From an uncultured Pelagibacteraceae bacterium (GTDB lineage: Bacteria > Pseudomonadota > Alphaproteobacteria > Pelagibacterales > Pelagibacteraceae), in assembly GCA_902543665.1 (NCBI GenBank), contig CACBZI010000001.1, positions 603-64,602 of the forward strand: DNA of 64,000 nucleotides, read 5' to 3'. The translations under genes and the position numbers were made by a program. The number at the start of each line of letters is the position of its first letter. Within the stretch, counting starts at the first letter, position 1. Shown here one piece after another: positions 46,376 through 55,269 of the stretch. The notes beneath the pieces were generated by a model that did not search any database, was not told the origin of the DNA, and saw only the letters and a list, made by a program, of their open reading frames with translations.

Positions 46376-47877
46376 AACCAGAATTAAAAAATCTTTTTAA
46401 ATTTCAGTCTAATAAAAAGTCTAAGCAAGCCATAATAGATCTTGGATCAAATTCAGTAAGAATGCTCATATACGATAATTTTAAAATTTCTCCAATCCCA
46501 GTCTTTAATGAAAAAGCAGTTTGCAAACTTGGAAAAAATTTAGATAAATCTAAAAAACTAAATCCCGATGGAATTAAAGGTTCTTTAAAAGTTCTAAATA
46601 GATTTAAAGAAATTTTAGATATTTCAGACGTTCAAGATTTAGAAATTATTGCAACAGCAGCTTTTAGAGAGGCCACTGATGCAAGTGAATTTTTAAGAGA
46701 AATTGAAAAAATATTTAATAAAAAACCACTAGTATTATCTGGCGAGGAAGAAGCAAGAACATCAGCAAATGGTGTAATGGTAGGATTTGATGAAGTAGAT
46801 GGATTAGTTGCAGATTTAGGAGGTGGAAGTTTAGAACTTGCCAGAGTTTCTAAAAATCAAATTTTTGAAATAACCTCTTTACCTCTCGGAGTATTAAGAC
46901 TTGAAAATAATCCTATTATAAAAAAAAGAAATTTGGGAAAATATGTTAGAAAACTTTTAAGAGATGAAAAATGGCTTTCTAAAAAGAAATTTAAAAATAT
47001 TTATTTGGTAGGAGGGACTTGGAGATCATTATTTAAATATCATCTCTTTAAAGAAAAACACCCATTACATATTTTGCATCAATATAAACTCTCAAAAGAT
47101 GTAGCAGTTAAATACTTAAACAGAATTTCAAAATTTAATAAATCATCTTTGAAATCAATGGAATATATTACTAAATCTAGAACTCCCTATTTACCTTTTA
47201 GCTCTATAATACTTAACGAAATAATTGAAGCAGCAAGCCCCTCAAAAGTTATTTGCTCAATCAGTGGACTTAGAGAGGGGCATATGGATACAATTATAAA
47301 CCAAGGAATGAGCGAGGATGAAATTTTCAAATTAAAAACTGATGGTATATCTTTTAAAAAAGGGGACTATGGAAAGAGTTTTGAGAAATATTTTAATTTT
47401 ATTTCACCATTATTTGAAGACAACGAATATTTTAATCGAAGATTACTAACCTTGGCTTGCATCTTAAGTAAAATGGATTGGGGCCTAGGAGCTTTTCAAA
47501 AAGCAGAATTAGTTTTTATGGAAGTGTTAAATACTCCATTACTAAAACTAGAACATAGAGATAGAGTAAAAGTTGCATCAGCAAGTTTTTGGAGACATTG
47601 TGGCTTAAAATATAATCCGAATTATCAGTTTTTATCCTTATTAAATAACAACGAAATTTTATCCTCAAAGCAAGTGGGATCTGCTTTAAGATTAGCAGAG
47701 TCACTCACTAGCATGTCTTCTTTGTTGTTAGATGAATTTAAAATTTATAAAAGAAATAAGACTATTTTTTTGAAAATACCTAACAATCATAGCGATATAG
47801 TCTCAAAACAAGTAACTAAAAGACTTAAAAACCTGGCAAGAGAGATGAATGTCGACTCCAATATCATTTATTCTTGA
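46372..47877 (+). CDS. ppx: Exopolyphosphatase (Ppx/GppA family)
   Basis: IDLGSNSVR, ATAAFREA, SGEEEA, DLGGGSLE, GGTWR, GLREG; overlaps the ppk1 stop. Confidence 0.92.
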   Translation: MKPELKNLFKFQSNKKSKQAIIDLGSNSVRMLIYDNFKISPIPVFNEKAVCKLGKNLDKSKKLNPDGIKGSLKVLNRFKEILDISDVQDLEIIATAAFREATDASEFLREIEKIFNKKPLVLSGEEEARTSANGVMVGFDEVDGLVADLGGGSLELARVSKNQIFEITSLPLGVLRLENNPIIKKRNLGKYVRKLLRDEKWLSKKKFKNIYLVGGTWRSLFKYHLFKEKHPLHILHQYKLSKDVAVKYLNRISKFNKSSLKSMEYITKSRTPYLPFSSIILNEIIEAASPSKVICSISGLREGHMDTIINQGMSEDEIFKLKTDGISFKKGDYGKSFEKYFNFISPLFEDNEYFNRRLLTLACILSKMDWGLGAFQKAELVFMEVLNTPLLKLEHRDRVKVASASFWRHCGLKYNPNYQFLSLLNNNEILSSKQVGSALRLAESLTSMSSLLLDEFKIYKRNKTIFLKIPNNHSDIVSKQVTKRLKNLAREMNVDSNIIYS

Positions 47878-47930
47878 AAATTAATAAATCTTTAACTTAA
47901 TTTAAATATTTTTTTAGCATTTATATATTA

Positions 47931-48007
47931 TTAACTGATTATCAGTCTCCCAACTGTTGTTAATTAATTAGCCCAAGGTACCAATATTTCCTTGGGCTGC
48001 CCTCCAA
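47931..48007 (+). ncRNA. Candidate small RNA / paired hairpins between convergent ppx and aqpS
   Basis: CAGT-CTCCCA-ACTG in an extended imperfect stem, then AGCCCAAGG-N11-CCTTGGGCT and GCCCTCC. Confidence 0.35.
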
Positions 48008-48655
48008 TTACAAAATAATTTTTCTGATTAAATAGACAGCCAATATTCCACCAAGCATCTCAGCAATGATATAGCTAGGAGTATTTAAGTAATTAATTCC
48101 AGTAAATGTGTCTGTAAAAGTTCTTGCGATTGCTACCGCTGGATTTGCAAAAGAAGTTGAAGAGGTAAACCAATACCCCGCTGTTATAAAAGTAGCTACT
48201 GATGAAGCGACCGCAAGTTTGCCGCTCTTTAAAGATCCAAATATCACAAAAATTAATCCAAAAGTTGCAATGATCTCAGCTGTAAAAATATTTATTCCAG
48301 GTCTAATCTTCTGTGAAAGCTGCAACAAAGGAAGATCAAACATAAAATTTGCTAACATTACCCCTAACATGCAACCTAAGATTTGAGCAGAGATATAAGT
48401 GATAATTAAATTTTTTTTAATCTTGTTGGTAAAATACATTGCTAAAGTAACGACAGGATTGAAATGTGCGCCGGAGATATCACCGATTGAAGTAATCAGA
48501 ACAAATAATCCTGCACCTGTAGCTAAAGTATTCGCTATTAACATTACAGCGATATCATCAGTTAGATTTTGAGCCATAATACCTGAACCAACAATAATCA
48601 TGACTAAAAAACAACTTCCTATAAATTCACCAATAAATATCTTTTTACTTTTCAT
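48008..48655 (-). CDS. aqpS: MIP-family channel, AqpS-like arsenite efflux aquaglyceroporin
   Basis: VGSGIMA, SGAHFNPVVT (NPV), YWFTSSTSFANPAV; overlaps arsC. Confidence 0.8.
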   Translation of the reverse strand: MKSKKIFIGEFIGSCFLVMIIVGSGIMAQNLTDDIAVMLIANTLATGAGLFVLITSIGDISGAHFNPVVTLAMYFTNKIKKNLIITYISAQILGCMLGVMLANFMFDLPLLQLSQKIRPGINIFTAEIIATFGLIFVIFGSLKSGKLAVASSVATFITAGYWFTSSTSFANPAVAIARTFTDTFTGINYLNTPSYIIAEMLGGILAVYLIRKIIL

Positions 48656-49088
48656 TTTTTACCCAATGTTTAATTTTTTCATTAATTATATTATAAGTTT
48701 CTTCAGCTATTAAATTTATTTTATCTTTATTTTTAGTTTTTTTAATTTTTTCAACAGGGTCCGCGATGTCCCAGTGCGTAATGGTCTTTTTTTTGGGCCA
48801 TACAGGACAAACTTCTTTATTGGCGTTATTACAAACTGTAATTACGTAATCAATATCAATATCATTTTTTAAAAATTCATCAAAATTTTTTGAATAATAC
48901 GTGGCTAAATTAAATTTTTTTCCTTCAAGATACTCTTTAATGTAGGGATTAATTTTTCCTGAAGGATTACTTCCAGCGCTAAATGCGATGAATTGATTTC
49001 GGAAATTATTGTTTACAATACTTTCCGCTATTATGCTTCTCGCAGAGTTTCCAGTACAAACAAATAATATTGTTTTTATTTTCTTCAT
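48645..49088 (-). CDS. arsC: Arsenate reductase, thioredoxin-dependent LMW-PTP type
   Basis: CTGNSARS P-loop, SAGS, ITVC...VCPVWP redox Cys pair, HWDIADP. Confidence 0.9.
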   Translation of the reverse strand: MKKIKTILFVCTGNSARSIIAESIVNNNFRNQFIAFSAGSNPSGKINPYIKEYLEGKKFNLATYYSKNFDEFLKNDIDIDYVITVCNNANKEVCPVWPKKKTITHWDIADPVEKIKKTKNKDKINLIAEETYNIINEKIKHWVKNEK

Positions 49089-49114
49089 AAAAAATGTATT
49101 GAAGTGTCCCGAAC

Positions 49115-49342
49115 TTACGGAACCAAAATTTGATAAAAACCAATAATAAATAATGGAATCTGTAACCCAAAATTGGTTAATATTGCTTTATCCTTAGAAA
49201 TAAAACCTGCAATAGTCCATCCAACAACTCCCGCTCCATGAAACATTATATTTACTGGATACATATTCAAATTTGTTAATAAAATACCTGTAAGAACTAA
49301 AAAAGTACTTAACCATTTAAGGTATTTTTTAATAAACTTCAT
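49115..49342 (-). CDS. Small membrane protein (about 3 TM)
   Basis: LKWLST..., NMYPVNI, hydrophobic throughout. Confidence 0.7.
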   Translation of the reverse strand: MKFIKKYLKWLSTFLVLTGILLTNLNMYPVNIMFHGAGVVGWTIAGFISKDKAILTNFGLQIPLFIIGFYQILVP

Positions 49343-49375
49343 AGCCAATTATATGATTGTAATGTTAAAGTTTTG

Positions 49376-49870
49376 TTAACCAGACGAGGCTTTAACTTTT
49401 TTCTCGATAAATTCTGGTATCTCATCACCAAGATCATCGTCTTTTTGATTTTTAGGTTGAAAGGCATACAAAACATGAAGTTTGCAATAAGGAAAATCTC
49501 CTTCAGGCTTTCTACCGCAAAAATAGAATTTTTCCTCATTAGGATGACCTATAGGCCACTTGCATGTTTCATCTGTTAGTTCTTCCAGTGATTTCGGGTT
49601 TTCTGGCTCAAAGTTTTTATCTAATAATATTGATTGAAATTTAGCTTTTCTTGATGTTGGCGCTGGACCTCTTCTAATCTGCTTATTATCATTGGTTCTA
49701 GGTGAATTAGATTGCTTAGAAGGGGCTCTAGCTTCTAAATTTAACCTATGAGCTTTTCCAATGACTGCGTTTCTAGTTGTGTCACCTAATGCTTCGGCGA
49801 TCTGACTTGCAGTATGCCCTTTAGACCAGAGTTCTTTTAATTTAGCGACTTTTTCTTCTGTCCAACTCAT
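49376..49870 (-). CDS. gcrA: Cell-cycle regulator GcrA
   Basis: MSWTEEKVAKLKELW, TRNAVIGKAHRL, CKWPIGHP, FCG, PYCKLH. Confidence 0.95.
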   Translation of the reverse strand: MSWTEEKVAKLKELWSKGHTASQIAEALGDTTRNAVIGKAHRLNLEARAPSKQSNSPRTNDNKQIRRGPAPTSRKAKFQSILLDKNFEPENPKSLEELTDETCKWPIGHPNEEKFYFCGRKPEGDFPYCKLHVLYAFQPKNQKDDDLGDEIPEFIEKKVKASSG

Positions 49871-50006
49871 AGTATATAATTACAATATTTAGTAATTATT
49901 AAAAACTTAGGGCATAATATTGGGGTTTAAAACATTAAAACGCATCAAAGCTGTGAGTAGATTTAGTTTTGCACAGTTTTTTTAATAAAAGGTTATAAGA
50001 CTATCA

Positions 50007-50819
50007 ATGGTTGAAATTTCGAAAAAATATAAAATTGGAAAAAGAAGATTTGGATTAGTTAATTGGTACGGAACATGGACTTTATATAAAAAAGAAGTTC
50101 TTAGATTCTTAATTGTGTGGATACAAACTATTTTTTCCCCACTAATTTCATCTTTACTCTTTTTACTTGTTTTATCTTTAGCCATTGGTGCTGATAGAGG
50201 AGATGTTCTTGGTGTACCTTTTATTACTTTTTTAGCGCCAGGGTTGATTTCCATGCAAGTAATTCAGCAATCCTTTTCTCATTCTTCATCATCTTTTATG
50301 ATTAAAAAAATTGATGGAACTATAGTTGATTTATTATTTGCCCCCTTATCTGCAGGAGAAGTTACCATCTCAGTTTCACTTGCAGCTGTAACAAGAAGCG
50401 TCGTAATTGGAATAGTTTCGATTATTGTATTTCATTTAATTATTGATATTGAAATCAAAAACTATTTAACGCTTATAGCATTCACCTTACTTTCTTCTTT
50501 TGTTTTAGGAAATATAGGAATAATTGCTGGACTATGGGCTGAAAAATTCGATCATATGGCAACAGTCACCAATTTTGTAATAGTTCCATTATCTTTCTTA
50601 TCAGGCACTTTTTATTCAATAGAGAGACTCCCTGACTTTTTACAAACAGTGAGTAAAGTTAATCCGTTTTTTTATATGATTGATGGTTTTAGATATAGTT
50701 TTATTGGCACTTCAGACGGTTCAATCTCTATTGGCTTGGTTTATTTAACTACCTTAAGCTTTGTTAGCTGGCTTGTTTGTTATTTATTGTATAAAAAAGG
50801 CTATAAAATAAAATCATGA
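50007..50819 (+). CDS. ABC-2 type transporter permease (YadH-like)
   Basis: LYKKEVLRF, FLAPGL, PLSFLSGTFYS, NPFFYMIDGFRY. Confidence 0.9.
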   Translation: MVEISKKYKIGKRRFGLVNWYGTWTLYKKEVLRFLIVWIQTIFSPLISSLLFLLVLSLAIGADRGDVLGVPFITFLAPGLISMQVIQQSFSHSSSSFMIKKIDGTIVDLLFAPLSAGEVTISVSLAAVTRSVVIGIVSIIVFHLIIDIEIKNYLTLIAFTLLSSFVLGNIGIIAGLWAEKFDHMATVTNFVIVPLSFLSGTFYSIERLPDFLQTVSKVNPFFYMIDGFRYSFIGTSDGSISIGLVYLTTLSFVSWLVCYLLYKKGYKIKS

Positions 50820-51979
50820 GTAAAATTTTAAATACTTATAACAGAAAGAAAATCTCTTTTTCTAAGGGAAAAGGAAGTTTCTTATATACAACCAATGGAA
50901 AGAAATATTTAGATTTCGTTCAAGGAATTGCTGTAAACTGTCTTGGTCATGCTAATGACTATTTAATTAGATCTATTAATAAACAATCGAAAAAATTATG
51001 GCATGTTTCAAACGTTTTTACTATCCCTGAGCAAGAGAGATTGGCAAAAAGAATAGCCCAAAAAACATTTGCAGATTATGTAACTTTTCAAAATTCTGGT
51101 GCTGAGGCAACAGAGGCAGCTATTAAATTTGCTAGAAGATATTTTTATTCAAAAGGTCAGCCGAGAAAAAATAGAGTTCTTTGCATTAATAACAGTTTCC
51201 ATGGAAGAACTATCGCAGCTATTTTTGCCAGTAACAGTAAAAAAGCAATTGAAGGCTTTAAACCTAAAGTAGACGGTTTTGATCATTTTAACTTTGGTGA
51301 TCACAAAGGGTTAGAGAAAGCGATAACCAACAGAACAGCAGCTATCATGGTTGAGACAATAATGGGAGAAGGTGGGATAAAAGTTATTCCAGATTTTTGT
51401 CTAAAGGGCTTGAGAAAACTATGTAATAAGAAAAAAATTTTATTAATTCTTGATGAAGTGCAATGTGGAATTGGAAGAAGTGGCAAATTTTTTGCTTTTG
51501 AATACGCAAAAATCAAACCTGATATCGTTCCAATAGCAAAAGGGATCGGCGGTGGCTTTCCCATAGGTGCAGTTTTAGTTAATAAAAAAGTAGCATCAGG
51601 CATGAAGCCGGGAACTCATGGATCAACATTTGGAGGAAATCCTTTAGCAATGAGCGCCGGAAATGCAGTCATGGATATTATGTTTAAAAAAGGTTTCTTA
51701 AATAATGTAAGCAAAAATGGAAAATATTTTATTAGTCAACTTGATAAAATTAAAAATAAGTATCCCAAAGTTATAAAAGAAGTAAGAGGTAAAGGACTGC
51801 TAATTGGACTATGTCTTCACGTAAATCAAGTAAAATTTATTCAAAAACTTTTAGATAATAATTTGTTGACAGTAAGAGCTGCTGAAAATGTTGTCAGACT
51901 TTTGCCTCCTTTAAATGTAACAAAGAGCGAGATTAACTTAGGTTTAAAAATAATAGAGAAAGTTTGCAAAAAATTTTAA
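50816..51979 (+). CDS. argD: Acetylornithine aminotransferase
   Basis: GIAVNCLGH, NSGAEA, SFHGRT, DEVQCGIGR, AKGIGGG, HGSTFGGNP; precedes argF. Confidence 0.93.
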   Translation: MSKILNTYNRKKISFSKGKGSFLYTTNGKKYLDFVQGIAVNCLGHANDYLIRSINKQSKKLWHVSNVFTIPEQERLAKRIAQKTFADYVTFQNSGAEATEAAIKFARRYFYSKGQPRKNRVLCINNSFHGRTIAAIFASNSKKAIEGFKPKVDGFDHFNFGDHKGLEKAITNRTAAIMVETIMGEGGIKVIPDFCLKGLRKLCNKKKILLILDEVQCGIGRSGKFFAFEYAKIKPDIVPIAKGIGGGFPIGAVLVNKKVASGMKPGTHGSTFGGNPLAMSAGNAVMDIMFKKGFLNNVSKNGKYFISQLDKIKNKYPKVIKEVRGKGLLIGLCLHVNQVKFIQKLLDNNLLTVRAAENVVRLLPPLNVTKSEINLGLKIIEKVCKKF

Positions 51980-52906
51980 ATGAAAAACTTTATAAATATC
52001 TCTGACTGTTCTTCAGTAGAGCTTAGAGCCATTATTGAAGAAGCAAAGAAGAGAAAACAAAATAGATCTGGATTAAATAAATCTACGCCTGACGAAGATA
52101 AGCCCTTTGAAGGTAAGTCGATGGCTATGATTTTTGAAAAACCCTCAACAAGAACAAGAATGTCGTTTGATATCGCTGTTAAACAATTAGGCGGATCATC
52201 AATTATTTTAAATCCAGACGGTATACATTACGGTAAGGGAGAGGAAACTTTAAAAGATACGGCAAAAGTTTTATCTGAGTATGTCGATATTGTTATGTTG
52301 AGAACTTCATCTCATAAAAATTTAGAGGAATTTGGAAAGCATTTAGATATCCCAATTATCAACGGCCTTTCAGACGTAAGCCACCCATGTCAAATTATGT
52401 CTGACATTCTTACTTATGAAGAAAGTAATGGTTCTATCGAGGGTAAAACTGTTTCTTGGATTGGAGATGGTAACAATAATATGTCTAATTCTTTAATTGA
52501 AGCTGCAGGAAAATTTAATTTTAAACTTAATATTGGTTGTCCAAAAAAATATTCTCCAAATAAAAGTATATTGAATCTTGCGAAAAAGGAGAAAGTAAAG
52601 TTAACAATTACTACTAAACCTATAGAAGCGGTTACAGGTGCTGATTGTGTAATGACCGATAAATGGATCTCAATGAATGATAAAGTAAATAAAATTTCTA
52701 AAAAGAAAATTTTAAAACCTTACCAAGTTAATGAGAAGTTAATGAGCAAGGCTAATTCGGACGCTATTTTTATGCATTGTCTTCCAGTCGGAAGAGGAGA
52801 AGAAGTCACAAACGAAGTAATAGATGGAAAACAATCAGTGGTTTGGAGACAAGCGTTGAATAGAGTGCATGCTCAAAAAAGTATTATTAAGTGGTGTCTT
52901 GATTAA
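51980..52906 (+). CDS. argF: Ornithine carbamoyltransferase
   Basis: FEKPSTRT, HPCQ, WIGDGNNN, TDKWISM, FMHCLP. Confidence 0.96.
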   Translation: MKNFINISDCSSVELRAIIEEAKKRKQNRSGLNKSTPDEDKPFEGKSMAMIFEKPSTRTRMSFDIAVKQLGGSSIILNPDGIHYGKGEETLKDTAKVLSEYVDIVMLRTSSHKNLEEFGKHLDIPIINGLSDVSHPCQIMSDILTYEESNGSIEGKTVSWIGDGNNNMSNSLIEAAGKFNFKLNIGCPKKYSPNKSILNLAKKEKVKLTITTKPIEAVTGADCVMTDKWISMNDKVNKISKKKILKPYQVNEKLMSKANSDAIFMHCLPVGRGEEVTNEVIDGKQSVVWRQALNRVHAQKSIIKWCLD

Positions 52907-53448
52907 GGTAAGGGTTTTGGATTATCAGCCTTTGAATTCATATATAAAATAACTGATGCTCGATCTTTTTCTTTTCTAAGACCTGCAAAAGCCATTTTAG
53001 TTCCTTTAATATATGCTTGAGGTTTAATTAAGTAACTATTCATTTCTTCAAAAGACCATTCTTTCGCATAAGCAACCATGGCTTTAGAATATTTATAATC
53101 ACTTACCGAACCAGCAGTTCTTCCAATTACGTTCCATAAATTAGGACCTATCATATTTTTTCCTCCAGCTGCAATCATATGACAAGCACTACATTTTTTA
53201 AAAACTTTTTCTCCATGAGCTAAGTCTCCCATAGCTAATAGAGCTTTAATATCTACTATCTCCAAAACTTTTTCAGTTGTTTCATCGGTCTTACCAGCTG
53301 TGATAGTCTCCAATCCTTCAACTTTATATGCCGACTGCTCTGGTTTCTCTACATGAAATAAAATGTCAGTGAATTTTCCTATACCAATAACAATTAAGGC
53401 TGTTAAAAGGACTGCAGCTATTATTTTATTTATTTCAAAACTATCCAT
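52903..53448 (-). CDS. cycM: Membrane-anchored cytochrome c (cy/CycM type)
   Basis: MDSFEINK + TM anchor, CSACH heme motif, GPNL, GTKMAFAG. Confidence 0.9.
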   Translation of the reverse strand: MDSFEINKIIAAVLLTALIVIGIGKFTDILFHVEKPEQSAYKVEGLETITAGKTDETTEKVLEIVDIKALLAMGDLAHGEKVFKKCSACHMIAAGGKNMIGPNLWNVIGRTAGSVSDYKYSKAMVAYAKEWSFEEMNSYLIKPQAYIKGTKMAFAGLRKEKDRASVILYMNSKADNPKPLP

Positions 53449-53519
53449 AATTTTGGTAAATACTTTATAGACGTATAACACGAGTTTAAAAAAAAAAACT
53501 TAAAATTACCAAATTTTTT

Positions 53520-53536
53520 TGCGTCTCTAGGACGCA
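53520..53536. promoter_or_regulatory. Palindromic operator, RegA/RegR-box-like
   Basis: TGCGTC-N5-GACGCA between divergent cycM and kdsB. Confidence 0.5.
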
Positions 53537-53542
53537 TAATTT

Positions 53543-54280
53543 ATGAACAAAACTGTAATAGTAATACCTTCAAGACTGGATGCTCAAAGATTACCTAATA
53601 AACCTCTTAAACTTATAAACAATAAAGAGATGATTCTTCATGTTTATGACGCTGCAAAAAAATCTGAGTCAGGGGAAGTTTATGTGGCCACACCTGATCA
53701 AAAAATATTTGACAAAGTTAAAAGTTATGGTGGAAATGCGGTTTTGACAGATCAAAGCCATCAAACAGGTACTGATAGAGTTTTTGAGATTTTTAAAAAA
53801 ACACTAAAAGAAGATCCTGAAATAATTATAAACCTTCAAGGCGACATGCCAAATATAAAACCTAACTCTATTAAACAGTTAGCCGACTATATGCGGCAAG
53901 GAAAATGTGAAATTGCTACTTTAGCTTCTACTTTATTAGACGATGAGGTCTATAATGAAAATGTAGTTAAAGTTTACACAAAAGAAAAAATTAAAAATTT
54001 ATCATTTGCTGCTGTTTCAGATTTTGATAGAAAAATTACAACAAGTCATAATGATTTAGCATACCACCATATTGGGATTTATGGATATACTAAAGAAGCA
54101 TTAAGAAAGTATGTAAATCTTAAAAGAAGTAAGTTAGAATTAGAAAGAAGTCTAGAACAAATGAGAGCTTTTGAAAATAATATGAAGATACATGTTGGTT
54201 TTGTGATCTCAAAACCTTTAAGCGTAGACACTGAAAAAGATTTAGATGAAATTAAAAAAATGATGCAAACTAATGAGTAA
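53543..54280 (+). CDS. kdsB: 3-deoxy-manno-octulosonate cytidylyltransferase
   Basis: IPSRL..RLPNKPL, TGTDR, NLQGDMP, HIGIY, LEQMRA, SVDT. Confidence 0.94.
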   Translation: MNKTVIVIPSRLDAQRLPNKPLKLINNKEMILHVYDAAKKSESGEVYVATPDQKIFDKVKSYGGNAVLTDQSHQTGTDRVFEIFKKTLKEDPEIIINLQGDMPNIKPNSIKQLADYMRQGKCEIATLASTLLDDEVYNENVVKVYTKEKIKNLSFAAVSDFDRKITTSHNDLAYHHIGIYGYTKEALRKYVNLKRSKLELERSLEQMRAFENNMKIHVGFVISKPLSVDTEKDLDEIKKMMQTNE

Positions 54281-55115
54281 AATAAAAATTGCTATACAAG
54301 GTGAGCTTGGGGCTTATTCACATATTGCTGCAGTAAATCTCTATAAAGATGCAGAAATAAAAACTTGCACTACTTTTGAAGAAACTTTTAAAAAAGCCTA
54401 CAATGATCCAAGTTATATAATTGTAATACCTATTGAAAATTCTCTAGCTGGAAGAGTAGCCGATATCCATTATCTACTACCAAAATATAAATTACAAATT
54501 CATGGAGAACATTTTCAAGCTGTAGAACATAACTTGTTGTGTAAGCCAGAAGCCAGCATTAGTGATATTAAATTTGTAAGAAGTCATGCACAAGCTATAG
54601 GTCAATGTCAAAATTTAATAATCAAAAAAAAATTCAAGCCAATAATTTCAGCGGACACCGCAGGTTCTGCGAAAGAATTAGCTGAAGGAAAAGACAAAAC
54701 AATAGCCGCGATAGCATCTGAACTCTCTGCAAAAATATATAATTTAAAAATTTTAGAAAAAAACATTGAAGATGAAAAAGGAAATGTTACTCGTTTTTTA
54801 ATAATGGGAAAAAATATCACGCAACCAGAATTCAATAAAGAAAAAAAATATATAACGAGCTGTATATTTAGAGTTAAAAGTGAGCCATCAGCGCTTTATA
54901 AATGCCTAGGTGGTTTTGCAACTAACCAGGTTAATTTAACAAAGCTTGAAAGTTTTTCAGTTAAAAATACTTTTGATCAAGCAAATTTCTATTTAGATCT
55001 TGAGGGCCACATAGAACAAAATGGAGTAAAAAAGGCTTTAGAGGAACTTGGCTTCCACACTGAAACTTTAGATATACTTGGGGTATATGAATCTTCAAAA
55101 TTTAGGCAAAAATAG
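54273..55115 (+). CDS. pheA: Prephenate dehydratase
   Basis: QGELGAYS, PIENSLAG, SHAQAIGQC, NVTRF, NLTKLES ACT domain. Confidence 0.94.
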   Translation: MSKIKIAIQGELGAYSHIAAVNLYKDAEIKTCTTFEETFKKAYNDPSYIIVIPIENSLAGRVADIHYLLPKYKLQIHGEHFQAVEHNLLCKPEASISDIKFVRSHAQAIGQCQNLIIKKKFKPIISADTAGSAKELAEGKDKTIAAIASELSAKIYNLKILEKNIEDEKGNVTRFLIMGKNITQPEFNKEKKYITSCIFRVKSEPSALYKCLGGFATNQVNLTKLESFSVKNTFDQANFYLDLEGHIEQNGVKKALEELGFHTETLDILGVYESSKFRQK

Positions 55116-55173
55116 TCCACAAAATTGAAATCTTGTCTTGTAGTATTTAAATTGATCTTGATATACTTATATT

Positions 55174-55263
55174 GAGGTTGGCATCAGGTGGATGTTTCAT
55201 AAACCCGGTCAGGTCTGAAAAGAAGCAGCCGTAGTGAAAATTTTTCAGGTTGTTGCCTGCCTC
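55174..55263 (+). ncRNA. ffs: Signal recognition particle 4.5S RNA
   Basis: Domain IV CGGTCAGG-TCT-GAAA-AGA-AGCAGCCG; terminal GAGG..GGCA/TGCC..CCTC pairing; upstream of dnaX. Confidence 0.92.
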
Positions 55264-55269
55264 TAACAA

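Larger units (their letters stand above)
32792..49088. other. Phosphorus-stress / arsenic accessory gene block
   Basis: Contiguous lipid-remodelling, Pho regulatory, Pst, polyphosphate and arsenic genes between core genes; two Pho boxes; no mobility genes seen. Confidence 0.75.
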
